Shown here piece by piece: positions 19,150 to 28,776 of a stretch of DNA of 64,000 bases. Made by a program: the position numbers and the translations under genes. The notes under the pieces are model-generated. The model was not told the DNA's origin. It saw only the letters and a program-made list of their open reading frames with translations, and ran no database searches. The stretch spans positions 620-64,619 of the forward strand of contig JAJYOE010000001.1 of the NCBI GenBank assembly GCA_021785975.1, in the 5' to 3' direction. The stretch's first letter is position 1. Each line of letters opens with the position of its first letter. Source of the stretch: Bacillota bacterium. Lineage in GTDB: Bacteria; Bacillota; Bacilli; Alicyclobacillales; SLC66.

Positions 19150-19426
19150 CTACATAGCAACCATTTTCGGATAATCAGCCAATGATCAAGAGAGTACCAA
19201 CCACAAGGCAGCAACAGGGAGAGGCGCCGCGACTGAGAGCGCCTGCTGTCATTGGTTTTGGGAAGTTCACTTGGGAGGCGATCAGCAGAAGGCGGTGAGG
19301 ATTTTTCCGCTTGTAGGTTGATCCGTATTCCCTACGTTATGGGGCTTGAGGGAAGTCGATCATCATGTTGACTTCTGAACATGGGTGGTACCACGAAACT
19401 TTCGTCCCTGGGCGAAGGTTTTTTTG
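19150..19426 (+). promoter_or_regulatory. T-box leader (Phe specifier TTC) with terminator
   Basis: AGAGAG stem I element, TTC at 19266-19268 followed by A, the T-box AACATGGGTGGTACCACG (19378-19395), and a hairpin (19397-19419) followed by TTTTTTT. A candidate promoter TTGCAT-17-TATGCT lies at 19112-19140. Confidence 0.85.
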
Positions 19427-19449
19427 TTGTAAAGGAAGGAGAGCACGCG

Positions 19450-20487
19450 ATGAGGGAACAGTTATTGGCGTTGCAGGAACAGGCACTCGTGGATTTGGCG
19501 GAGGCAGAAGGAAATGCGCTGGATGCGTGGCGAGTCCAATATTTAGGGAAAAAAGGAGCGTTGTCGCTGGCACTTCGCAGCATGAGCAAACTTTCTGCAG
19601 AAGAGCGCCCAATCGTGGGACAGGTGGCAAACGCCGTTCGAGAGACGCTAGAAGCGGCATTTGCCAGCAAGTTCGCCGAATGGGAAGGCAAACAGGCGGC
19701 AAAACAGGAAGAAAAAGAAACGATCGATATCACGCTTCCTGGCAGGACGAGAAGCGTGGGGGCGGAACACCCTTTGCAAAAAATCATCCGCCGGATTGAG
19801 GACATCTTTATCGGATTTGGCTTTACGGTGGAAGAAGGGCCAGAAGTGGAGTGGGATTATTACAACTTCGAGGCGCTCAATTTGCCAAAAGATCACCCCG
19901 CGAGAGATATGCAGGATACATTTTACTTGAGTGAAGAGTTGCTGATGCGCACGCATACCTCGCCTGTGCAGGCGAGAACGCTGGAAAAAAGGCGACCGGA
20001 GTGGCCGATTCGCATCATTGTGCCGGGGAGGGTGTATCGACGCGATGACGACGATGCGACCCATTCGCATGCATTTACGCAGGTGGAGGGACTGGTGGTC
20101 GGAAAAGGTGTTCGCATGAGCGACCTCAAAGGCATCCTGTTGACATTTGCAAAAGAATTGTTTGGCGAAAATCAGGAGATCAGGCTGCGGCCAAGCTTTT
20201 TCCCCTTTACCGAACCGAGTGCAGAGATGGATATCCGCTGCATCTATTGCGGGGGAGATGGCTGCTCGACTTGTAAGCATACGGGCTGGATCGAGGTGCT
20301 CGGCTGCGGCATGGTGCATCCGCGAGTGCTTGAAATGGGAGGATACGATCCTGAAGAGGTGACGGGCTTCGCGTTTGGCATGGGGGTCGAGCGGATCGCC
20401 ATGTTGCTTTACAAGATTGAGGACATTCGCCAGTTTTATCAGAATGATTTGAGGTTATTGAAGCAGTTTGCTTCACTGCCTGAGTAG
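19450..20487 (+). CDS. pheS: Phenylalanine--tRNA ligase alpha subunit
   Basis: The ATG at 19450 follows AAGGAAGGAG. The ORF-track start at 19381 lies inside the T-box terminator. Class II motifs are present ([16 protein letters not shown]). Confidence 0.93.
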   Translation: MREQLLALQEQALVDLAEAEGNALDAWRVQYLGKKGALSLALRSMSKLSAEERPIVGQVANAVRETLEAAFASKFAEWEGKQAAKQEEKETIDITLPGRTRSVGAEHPLQKIIRRIEDIFIGFGFTVEEGPEVEWDYYNFEALNLPKDHPARDMQDTFYLSEELLMRTHTSPVQARTLEKRRPEWPIRIIVPGRVYRRDDDDATHSHAFTQVEGLVVGKGVRMSDLKGILLTFAKELFGENQEIRLRPSFFPFTEPSAEMDIRCIYCGGDGCSTCKHTGWIEVLGCGMVHPRVLEMGGYDPEEVTGFAFGMGVERIAMLLYKIEDIRQFYQNDLRLLKQFASLPE

Positions 20488-20498
20488 GAGGGTGCAGG

Positions 20499-22940
20499 AT
20501 GAAAATCACATGGAACTGGCTTGGTGAATACGTCGATTTGACAGGACTGACTCCGGAACAGGTGGCGGAAGACCTGACAAGTGCAGGCATTCCGGTAGAA
20601 AAAATGGCCTCGATGAATTTAGGAGTGGAAGGGGTCGTGGTAGGTCTGATTGAATCGGTCACCCCACACCCACAGGCAGATCGATTGCGAGTTTGTCATA
20701 TAGACACCGGCACAAAAAAGCTACAAATTGTGACAGGTGCCACGAATGTTCAGGCAGGCCAAAAAGTACCCGTTGCGCTCGTGGGGGCAAAATTGCCCGA
20801 GAAACACATCGAACTCGCGAATTTTCGTGGACTTTCTTCGGAAGGCATGCTGTGTTCCGCGTCAGAACTTGGACTTGACGATAAGTTTTTGCCCAAGGAT
20901 CAGGCAGAGGGGATCTGGATTTTTCCGGAAGACGCGCCGCTAGGTGAAAACGTGGTGGAGTATCTTGGATTAAACGATGTGGTGATGGAACTTGAACTGA
21001 CGCCAAACCGCTCGGATTGCCTGTCATTTCGCGGGGTGGCCTACGAGGTGGCAGCGCTCTATTCGCGCGAAGTTCACATGCCGGATGTAGACACAAGTGG
21101 AGTGGCGACTGTGAGTGATAAGCCGCTTTCCGTGCGGATTGATACAGCGCTTTGCACGGGATACTCCGGTCAGGTCGTGACTCATTTAGAGCTGGGCCCA
21201 TCGCCAATGTGGATGCAGATGAGGTTACTGGCAGTAGGAATGCGCCCGATCAACAACTTAGTCGACATCACCAACTACGTGATGTTTGAATGGGGGCAAC
21301 CTCTTCATGCGTTTGACTATGACGCGATCGACAATTGGGAAATCGTGGTCCGCCAAGCAAAGGATCGCGAAGTCTTGCGGACACTCGACAGTCAGGACCG
21401 CGAATTGACGAGTGATGTGATTGTAATTTCTGATCACATGAAGGGATTGGGACTTGCCGGCGTGATGGGCGGCGAAAACAGTGAGGTGAGAGTCACCACC
21501 ACGACCGTCGTGATTGAATCTGCGATGTTTGATCCGATAACGACAAGGCGTACTAGCAGGTTGCTGCAACTTCGCTCAGAAGCGGCGCTGCGCTTTGAAA
21601 AAGGACTGGATCCGGATGCGGTACTACCTGCGCTTCATCGCGCCTCGATGCTGATGGTTCAGTATGCAGGTGGTGAGCTTGTGGGGGCTCCGGTGATCAC
21701 GGGGAAAGCCCTGATTTCGCCTGGGGCAAAGCAGCAGATTCTTGTGCGCGTCGTGAGGGTGGCTGAAGTGCTTGGCTATGCGCTTGCCATCGAGGAGTTA
21801 GAAGGATTCTGTCGCCAACTCGGCTTGCAAACGGCGCGCGAGGGAGCGGCACTGTCAGTGACCGTGCCTGCGAGACGGCCTGATTTACTTCGTGAAGAGG
21901 ACATGATCGAAGAATTTGCAAGACTTGCAGGGTTTGATCGCATTCCCTCGACCAATCTAGAGGGAGTACTCAGTCACGGCGGTCTTTCAAAGAGCCAGAA
22001 ATTGCGCAGAATGGCTCGCGATTATATGAGAAATCAAGGGTTTGATGAAGTATGGACGTACTCTTTTGTGGATGCTGCAGGGCATCGTAAACTGAACATC
22101 GCGGACGACCATGAACTTGCACGCCCAATGATGCTATTGAATCCACTCTCTGAAGACCGTGAGTCGCTGCGCACCACCATGTTGCTGCCGCTTCTCGACG
22201 TGGCAAGATACAACGCGAACCGCCAGTGGGATGCGCTTTTCGTGTTTGAAATAGGCACCGTGTTTTTGCCGGATGCAAAGGTAGTAAAGAAAGGCGTTTC
22301 AGCGCCCGTGGAAAAAAAGATGCTGGCAGGGGTCGCCTATGGTAGTGTGGCAAAAGAGCCGCTTTATGCTGGACGAAACTTCGACTTTTTTGACATGAAA
22401 GGAATTGTCGAAGGGCTGTTTGGACGACTTGGCATTGCGAACCTAATAAATTTTGAGCGGGCAGTGTATCCCTATTTGCATTCTGGCCGTTCTGCAGAAA
22501 TTCTGGCGGGAGAAAAGCCAATTGGAAAGCTTGGTCAACTTCGCAAAGAGGTGGCTAAGGCGTATGACCTTCCATCAGAAGTGCTTTACTTCGAAGTCGA
22601 AATCGATGCGATGGTGGAACTGGCATCACCTCATCTGTATGTGGCCGAATTGCCGCGCTTTCCTCAAGTGGAGCGCGATCTGGCTGTAGTGGTCAATCGC
22701 AACCTCCCTGTGGCGGACTTGTTTGGCACCGTGAAGGAGGCAGCGGGTTCGTTGCTTGAATCTGTGACTGTATTTGACGTATACACGGGAGATCACGTTG
22801 GCCAAGAAGAGAAAAGTGTCGCGTTGCGGCTCGTCTTCAGGGCGCCAAACCGAACGCTTACAGAAAATGAAGTGCAATTGGCAGTGGATCAGGTATTATT
22901 GCAGCTTCATTCCAATTATGGTGCGATTCTACGCAAATGA
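20499..22940 (+). CDS. pheT: Phenylalanine--tRNA ligase beta subunit
   Basis: 813 aa with an N-terminal tRNA-binding (EMAP/OB) domain, then B3/4, B5 and FDX-ACB domains. Confidence 0.95.
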   Translation: MKITWNWLGEYVDLTGLTPEQVAEDLTSAGIPVEKMASMNLGVEGVVVGLIESVTPHPQADRLRVCHIDTGTKKLQIVTGATNVQAGQKVPVALVGAKLPEKHIELANFRGLSSEGMLCSASELGLDDKFLPKDQAEGIWIFPEDAPLGENVVEYLGLNDVVMELELTPNRSDCLSFRGVAYEVAALYSREVHMPDVDTSGVATVSDKPLSVRIDTALCTGYSGQVVTHLELGPSPMWMQMRLLAVGMRPINNLVDITNYVMFEWGQPLHAFDYDAIDNWEIVVRQAKDREVLRTLDSQDRELTSDVIVISDHMKGLGLAGVMGGENSEVRVTTTTVVIESAMFDPITTRRTSRLLQLRSEAALRFEKGLDPDAVLPALHRASMLMVQYAGGELVGAPVITGKALISPGAKQQILVRVVRVAEVLGYALAIEELEGFCRQLGLQTAREGAALSVTVPARRPDLLREEDMIEEFARLAGFDRIPSTNLEGVLSHGGLSKSQKLRRMARDYMRNQGFDEVWTYSFVDAAGHRKLNIADDHELARPMMLLNPLSEDRESLRTTMLLPLLDVARYNANRQWDALFVFEIGTVFLPDAKVVKKGVSAPVEKKMLAGVAYGSVAKEPLYAGRNFDFFDMKGIVEGLFGRLGIANLINFERAVYPYLHSGRSAEILAGEKPIGKLGQLRKEVAKAYDLPSEVLYFEVEIDAMVELASPHLYVAELPRFPQVERDLAVVVNRNLPVADLFGTVKEAAGSLLESVTVFDVYTGDHVGQEEKSVALRLVFRAPNRTLTENEVQLAVDQVLLQLHSNYGAILRK

Positions 22941-22995
22941 AGAAGGAATTATGGTCCCGTTTCGCGAATAGTCACAAAGCGGAGGTGTGCCGACC

Positions 22996-23259
22996 ATGGG
23001 TGAGCAATATCGCGTCAAAGTAGATATATTCGGGCACACATATACACTGCGCGGACCTGCGATGCCTGAGCATTTGCAGCGGATCGCCACTCTTGTAGAT
23101 CAAAAAATGCACGAAATCTATGACAAAAACCCCCAACTGGATCTTCAGACGTTGGCAGTTTTAACTGCCCTCAATTTAGCGGATACTTATGAAGAATTGC
23201 TGGCTGAATATGAAGAGTTAGTTGATTCATTGGAGATTCGGCAAAAATCAGACGAATGA
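22996..23259 (+). CDS. zapA: Cell division protein ZapA
   Basis: About 87 aa. The ATG lies 8 nt after GGAGGTG. V.IFGH.Y.LRG and a coiled-coil tail are typical of ZapA, and the position after pheST matches Bacillus. Confidence 0.8.
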   Translation: MGEQYRVKVDIFGHTYTLRGPAMPEHLQRIATLVDQKMHEIYDKNPQLDLQTLAVLTALNLADTYEELLAEYEELVDSLEIRQKSDE

Positions 23260-23289
23260 TGAAGCAAACTTGAATGATGGGGTAGTGAC

Positions 23290-23847
23290 ATGGATATAGC
23301 AGATTGGATTATTCTGGCCGTTCTCGTATTTAGTGCCTGGGATGGGTATCGGACAGGGCTCATTTCGCAACTCGTTCGTTTGCTTGGCACTGTGCTTGCC
23401 TATGTGTCTGCATGGCAATTCCACGGAGCTTTGGTGCCGCCAATAAAAAAATGGTTACTGACAAGTGTGTTAAAAAATGTGCATTCATTAAAGGACCTGC
23501 CGATTGTCAATCTGCTTTCAAGCGGAGGTTCGGTGGCTCAGCTTAGCACCACCATCGCCAATGTGCTCGCCTTTGGCATTGTGTTTTATGTATCACTGCT
23601 GGTGATCAGGTATTTGGGCCACCTTCTCAATTCGGTCTTCCATCTGCCGGGGTTGTCGTTTTTTAACAGGATGGCAGGCATGGTCGCGGGAGTCGTTGTC
23701 GCCGTATTGTTGATCGCCGTGTTGATCAATTTTGCGGCCTATATTCCCGTACCCGAATTAAAAACGCAAATCAGCCACTCCACGCTCTCGCCGATGTTTA
23801 AGCAACCCATTGTCGATTTGGCAAAATTGACTGGATTAAAAGCGTAA
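23290..23847 (+). CDS. CvpA family membrane protein (colicin V production protein family, YshB-like)
   Basis: 185 aa, 4-TM protein starting MDIADWIILAVLVFSAWDGYRTG, the typical CvpA N-terminus. Confidence 0.8.
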   Translation: MDIADWIILAVLVFSAWDGYRTGLISQLVRLLGTVLAYVSAWQFHGALVPPIKKWLLTSVLKNVHSLKDLPIVNLLSSGGSVAQLSTTIANVLAFGIVFYVSLLVIRYLGHLLNSVFHLPGLSFFNRMAGMVAGVVVAVLLIAVLINFAAYIPVPELKTQISHSTLSPMFKQPIVDLAKLTGLKA

Positions 23848-23848
23848 A

Positions 23849-23872
23849 GGGGGAGAAATCCCCCCCTTTTTT
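23849..23872. terminator. Intrinsic terminator between convergent genes
   Basis: GGGGGA-gaaa-TCCCCC followed by TTTTTT. Confidence 0.75.
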
Positions 23873-24239
23873 ATCTAGCAACGCGATGTCTGGACCCGTG
23901 AGCTTGTTCGTTGCCGCGCATGGCGGTGGGGACAAACAAGTCGATGATGCCAATGATCAGGGAGGCAAGCACTGCGCCGAGCACCGTGACACGCATTCCG
24001 GGCACGACAGCCTGTGCAAGATAAATGACGAGTGCGCCAGTGAGAAAGCCGATCACACCACGGCCATAGGGAGAGATTTGAGTGCCAAATAGCAGTTCAA
24101 ATACCCAACCCAGACCAGCAATCACGATGGCGGCGACCAGCGCCGTCCAAAAACCGGCGATGTAGAATCCGGGAGCGATCATTCCGATAAATAGCAATAC
24201 TAAAGCGGAGACTATAAAACGTACGATGATTCCTAACAA
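23871..24239 (-). CDS. Small 4-TM membrane protein (phage-holin-4_2 / YvlD-YshE-like family)
   Basis: The ORF track starts at the ATG at 24299, which has no RBS. The TTG at 24239 lies 8 nt after GGAGGTG and gives the family-typical start LGIIVRFIVSALVL. Confidence 0.6.
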   Translation of the reverse strand: MLGIIVRFIVSALVLLFIGMIAPGFYIAGFWTALVAAIVIAGLGWVFELLFGTQISPYGRGVIGFLTGALVIYLAQAVVPGMRVTVLGAVLASLIIGIIDLFVPTAMRGNEQAHGSRHRVAR

Positions 24240-24313
24240 GTAAAATTCACCTCCATCGTCGAGTACGCAAGTAGTCTGCCCAAGTTCAGCCTTGATCATG
24301 ATATCCGGCTGAA

Positions 24314-26680
24314 ATGAAAGGATTGCCTGAAGTGAACGAAAAAGTGTTACGCGTATTGGAGTTTGACAAGATAAGGGAACGGGTTGTCGCGCTGTGTGCC
24401 ACGCCGTATGGCAGTGAACTGGCGCTACAACTCGCTCCGCTTTCCACTTTTGAAGAGGTAAATCATGCGCTTGATCTGGCGGAAGAAGGAGAATTCTTCT
24501 ATCGAATCAGCGGGAGCATCGACTTGCCAGTGACGCATGATCTACGTCCGGCAGTCCATGTCGCACAACTTGGCGGCGTCCTCTCTCCCCGGGACCTTGC
24601 AGGGCTGGCCATCACCTCCAAAAAATCCCGACAACTCGCCAGGCAACTAGTGAATTTGGCGGAAAATCACGAACAATTGACTATCCTTCCGGGTTATGAT
24701 GAGGCGCTGCACGTGCCGCGTGAGTTTGACGAAGAGGTGGAGAACTGCCTCGATGAAAATGCGGAGATATTGGACCGAGCGAGCGCGACACTGCGGGAAA
24801 TCCGAAGTGAGATCCGCTCCGTTCAATCCCGCGTCAAACGAACGCTGGAGGAGATGTTGCGAAGCCCTTCAGTCATGCGTTATTTGCAGGAATCGATCGT
24901 CACCCTTCGCGGTGACAGGTATTGCCTTGCGGTACGGGCTGACAGTCAGGGGCAGATTCGCGGTGTCGTTCATGATGTCTCTGCGTCAGGTGCCACCGTG
25001 TTTATCGAGCCGGAACGGGTTGTACAGCTTAGCAACAAGTTGAGACAACTCGAGAGTGAAGAGAAAAAAGAAATCGAAAAGATTCTTATCCGATTATCCG
25101 GAATGGCCGCAATCTATGCAGAGCAGTTCCAGGCGCTTTTCGCCGCGCTTGCCGTCGTTGATCTGACGCTGGCGAAAGCGCGCCATGCGCATGCGATACG
25201 AGGCACCAAACCGCTCATTGCAAAAGATTCTGTCGTGAAAATACGAGCAGGCCGCCATCCTCTGATCGACAAGGACAGGGTGGTTCCGCTTGACATCAGA
25301 CTGGGCGGGGAATTTCATCAACTCGTCATCACCGGCCCTAATACCGGAGGAAAAACAGTCGCTTTAAAAACGTTAGGACTGTTTGTGCTAATGGCGCTCA
25401 CAGGTTTGTATTTGCCTGCGGTAGAAGGAACAGAAATTGGTTTTTTTCATAGCGTTCACGCGGATATTGGCGATGAACAAAGCATTGAGCAGAGTTTATC
25501 GACCTTTTCTTCCCACATGGTCAACATCATCCGCATCTTGAAAGAAGCGGATGATAAATCCTTGCTTTTATTTGATGAATTGGGGGCGGGGACTGATCCT
25601 ACCGAAGGTGCGGCGCTGGCGATGGCGATTCTGGATGATCTGCGTGTGCGAAGAATCCCGACCGTCGCTACCACGCATTACAGTGAACTCAAGGCCTATG
25701 CCTTTACCACGCCCGGAACGATGAATGCCAGTGTGGAATTTGACGTCGAGACACTGGCGCCCACTTACCGGTTGTTGATGGGGGTGCCAGGAAGGTCCAA
25801 TGCGTTTGCAATTGCGGGCAGGCTGGGACTTGACGCGCGATTGATTGAGGCGGCTTCAGCTAAAATTGAGAGTCACGATGCCCGTGTCGAGGACTTGATC
25901 AGTCAATTGCAACTGAATGTTTCTGTCACGCAAAAAGAAGCGAATGAGTTGGCCAGAGAAAGGGCACTTGCCGAACAGCTTCGCGATGAATTACATCGAC
26001 GAAAATTGCAGGATGAAGCGGAAGAGGTAGCGCGAAAGCGCAAGGCGATGGAAGACATGCGAGCAAGTGTGCGCAAGGTGGAGCGGGAGCTTGAAACACT
26101 TTTAAGTGAGCTTCGAGAAGCCAAAGCACATGGCAAGAAGCTGAAGGATCATGAGTTGACAGAGATCCGAAAGCGAGTAGAAGGGTTATTGCCAGCGAGT
26201 GATTTGAAACGTTCGGCTCATCGTAGGGAGCGTGTCCCACTTCATGCCGGAGACGAGGCGAGGGTGTTGTCACTTGGCGGCCAAACAGCCACACTGCTTG
26301 ATCGTATCGGCAAGGATGAATGGTCGGTAGCAATAGGCTCTATGAAAATGAAAGTGACAGAAGCCGAACTGGAACTGGTGCGAAAAGCACATAAAGTGCC
26401 TAAACCAGTGGCGATGATCAAAAGAACTTCGACAGACATCAAACCAGAAATCGATCTGCGCGGGGTAACGGTGGACGAAGCGCTTCGCGAAGTCGATCAA
26501 TACCTGGATCGGGCGGTGATGTCAGGTTACCCGCAAGTGACATTGATCCACGGGAAAGGTACCGGGGCACTAAGACGCGGCATAATGGAATACCTGCGGA
26601 ACCATCCGCATGTCAAGGCAGCAAGAGCTGGCGTCGAAGGCGAAGGTGGCAATGGGGTAACCGTCGTAGAATTAAAGTGA
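24314..26680 (+). CDS. mutS2: Endonuclease MutS2
   Basis: 788 aa, collinear with B. subtilis MutSB (KVL..LEF.KI, GPNTGGKTV.LKT.GL, DEQSIEQSLSTFSSHMVNI). C-terminal Smr domain (IHGKGTGALR). The start could instead be the GTG at 24332. Confidence 0.93.
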   Translation: MKGLPEVNEKVLRVLEFDKIRERVVALCATPYGSELALQLAPLSTFEEVNHALDLAEEGEFFYRISGSIDLPVTHDLRPAVHVAQLGGVLSPRDLAGLAITSKKSRQLARQLVNLAENHEQLTILPGYDEALHVPREFDEEVENCLDENAEILDRASATLREIRSEIRSVQSRVKRTLEEMLRSPSVMRYLQESIVTLRGDRYCLAVRADSQGQIRGVVHDVSASGATVFIEPERVVQLSNKLRQLESEEKKEIEKILIRLSGMAAIYAEQFQALFAALAVVDLTLAKARHAHAIRGTKPLIAKDSVVKIRAGRHPLIDKDRVVPLDIRLGGEFHQLVITGPNTGGKTVALKTLGLFVLMALTGLYLPAVEGTEIGFFHSVHADIGDEQSIEQSLSTFSSHMVNIIRILKEADDKSLLLFDELGAGTDPTEGAALAMAILDDLRVRRIPTVATTHYSELKAYAFTTPGTMNASVEFDVETLAPTYRLLMGVPGRSNAFAIAGRLGLDARLIEAASAKIESHDARVEDLISQLQLNVSVTQKEANELARERALAEQLRDELHRRKLQDEAEEVARKRKAMEDMRASVRKVERELETLLSELREAKAHGKKLKDHELTEIRKRVEGLLPASDLKRSAHRRERVPLHAGDEARVLSLGGQTATLLDRIGKDEWSVAIGSMKMKVTEAELELVRKAHKVPKPVAMIKRTSTDIKPEIDLRGVTVDEALREVDQYLDRAVMSGYPQVTLIHGKGTGALRRGIMEYLRNHPHVKAARAGVEGEGGNGVTVVELK

Positions 26681-26704
26681 AGTGGATGAAGGGAGAATGG
26701 TTGG

Positions 26705-27967
26705 ATGACAGAACATGAATCTTGGGAAAAAGTGTTGTACGAAATGCCTGAAGAGGTGGCGAAGGAAGTCAAGCATCAGATGGAAATTATCATGCGCGGC
26801 GCAGTGGAGATCATCCCTGTGGAAGAACTACTCGTCAAACTTCGCCGACATGTGGAAACCGGCAAACCGCTTCAGATCAAGCTTGGTCTTGACCCATCAG
26901 CGCCTGATATTCACCTGGGACATGTGGTCGTGCTCGAAAAACTTCGGCAATTTCAGGACCTGGGGCATATCGTACAGCTGGTTATCGGAGATTTTACCGG
27001 CATGATCGGCGACCCGACGGGGAAATCTGAAACCCGCAAACAATTGACCGTGGAGCAGGTCAAGGAGAACGCCAAAACATACCAGACACAGATTTTTAAG
27101 GTGCTCGATCCTGAAAAGACTGAGGTGCACTTTAATTCCACCTGGCTCTCCGTGCTGAATTTTTCTGAAGTCGTCCGCCTAGCCTCGACCATCACGGTGG
27201 CGAGAATGCTGGAGCGGGAGGACTTTAAGAAACGATATGCGGAAAATACGCCGATCAGTGTGCACGAATTCTTTTATCCGCTGATGCAAGCCTACGATTC
27301 TGTCGCGTTAAAGACGGATGTGGAACTCGGCGGCACTGACCAGACGTTCAATCTCCTCATGGGAAGAACATTGCAGAAAGAATTTGACATCGAGCCGCAA
27401 ATTGCGCTCACCATGCCGCTGATTGAAGGATTGGACGGAGTGCATAAAATGTCCAAAAGCCTTGGCAATTACATCGGCATCATGGATGAACCAGGCGAGA
27501 TTTACGGAAAAACTATGTCGATTCCTGATGATCTGATGACCAAGTACTATGTGCTGTTAAGCGGTTTGTCCCTGGCTGAAGTTCGCGATATTGAAACCCA
27601 GTTAGAAGAGGGGGCGCTGCATCCCCGGGATGCAAAAATGCGCCTTGCCTATCTGCTCACGAAGCGGTTTCACACTGAGGAATCAGCCAAAATCGCACAG
27701 GAAGAGTTTGTAAAGGTCTTTCAAAAACACAGCATGCCGTCCGACATTCCTGTGTACGCGACAGGAAGCGAACCGCTGCCACTTTATCAGTTGGTCGCAA
27801 ACGCCGGCCTTGCCCCCAGCAACTCAGAAGCAAGGCGATTGATGGAAGGCGGAGGGGTGAAGGTGAACGGCGAAGCCAAAACCGATCGGGATTATGTGAT
27901 CGAGCCCAAAGACGGTATGGTGGTACAGGTCGGCAAGCGCAAATTTGTCCGCCTGGAAATCAGGTAA
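26705..27967 (+). CDS. tyrS: Tyrosine--tRNA ligase (type 2 architecture)
   Basis: 420 aa. HIGH-type motif (PDIHLGH), KMSKS, and a C-terminal S4-like domain. The sequence resembles the Thermus/TyrZ-type enzyme rather than B. subtilis TyrS. It starts 24 nt after mutS2 with no leader. Confidence 0.88.
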   Translation: MTEHESWEKVLYEMPEEVAKEVKHQMEIIMRGAVEIIPVEELLVKLRRHVETGKPLQIKLGLDPSAPDIHLGHVVVLEKLRQFQDLGHIVQLVIGDFTGMIGDPTGKSETRKQLTVEQVKENAKTYQTQIFKVLDPEKTEVHFNSTWLSVLNFSEVVRLASTITVARMLEREDFKKRYAENTPISVHEFFYPLMQAYDSVALKTDVELGGTDQTFNLLMGRTLQKEFDIEPQIALTMPLIEGLDGVHKMSKSLGNYIGIMDEPGEIYGKTMSIPDDLMTKYYVLLSGLSLAEVRDIETQLEEGALHPRDAKMRLAYLLTKRFHTEESAKIAQEEFVKVFQKHSMPSDIPVYATGSEPLPLYQLVANAGLAPSNSEARRLMEGGGVKVNGEAKTDRDYVIEPKDGMVVQVGKRKFVRLEIR

Positions 27968-28030
27968 AAAAGACAAGCCCAATCACCGCTACGCATACAC
28001 TGAAGAATCACGTGATGCGGAGCGGTGAAA

Positions 28031-28726
28031 ATGATGTTCAAGCCCAAAAGATCACAGAGATTATCGATGAGGAAAAGCTGGGTGATATGGGGAACACTCG
28101 CTCTCTTTGGCTGGTTATCCGGGGTTTTCATCCATTACCTGGACCACCAGTTGCGGCCTCAGATCATGGGCATGGCCGTCGGCGTTTCAAGGCAAATGGC
28201 CGCGCAAGCGATCACCGATATGCTCTACAAGCGCTTGGCGCAATCTAAGGATTTTTCTAGATTGGTCGTGATCGACCACGATCGTTCCGGGCAGATCGTC
28301 AGTGCACATTTTGATCTATCCAAAGTAGCGGGCATTGAGAGTGACACTACATCAGTGGTGCAAAAGGAATTGATTCAGCTCGGGCGCAGGGTGATATACA
28401 TTCCTGCGTTTCAAACGATGGGAAGCACGCTTCTCGCCATGTACGGTCCTTCCATTCCAGTTCGCATCGTGCCGCTTGGTTCCGTGGAAAGCCACGTGGT
28501 ACCAGAGGTAAAATCGGCGGGCATCAATCAAACCGTCCACATTCTCAACCTGAGTGTCGTGGCACAGGTCGGAGTGGTGGTTCCTTTCGTGACAGAACCG
28601 GTGAAGGTTACGTCTACTGTTCCCATCGCATACATGGTGCTTGTGGGGGCAGTGCCAAGAGTGGTGGGTGACGGCCTCGCAGCTTATCGGGAGGCGCTAA
28701 ATACAGGGACCACAAGCAGTCATTAA
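28031..28726 (+). CDS. yunB: Sporulation protein YunB
   Basis: About 231 aa with an N-terminal TM segment and YunB-like blocks (IESDTT.VVQKEL, GSTLLAMYGPSIPVRI.PLGSV). The ATG at 28031 lies 8 nt after GGAG. Confidence 0.8.
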   Translation: MMFKPKRSQRLSMRKSWVIWGTLALFGWLSGVFIHYLDHQLRPQIMGMAVGVSRQMAAQAITDMLYKRLAQSKDFSRLVVIDHDRSGQIVSAHFDLSKVAGIESDTTSVVQKELIQLGRRVIYIPAFQTMGSTLLAMYGPSIPVRIVPLGSVESHVVPEVKSAGINQTVHILNLSVVAQVGVVVPFVTEPVKVTSTVPIAYMVLVGAVPRVVGDGLAAYREALNTGTTSSH

Positions 28727-28776
28727 CAGCTTGATGCGTTTTTGATTTTGCCATACTACTCTTGAAGGAGGAGTGG

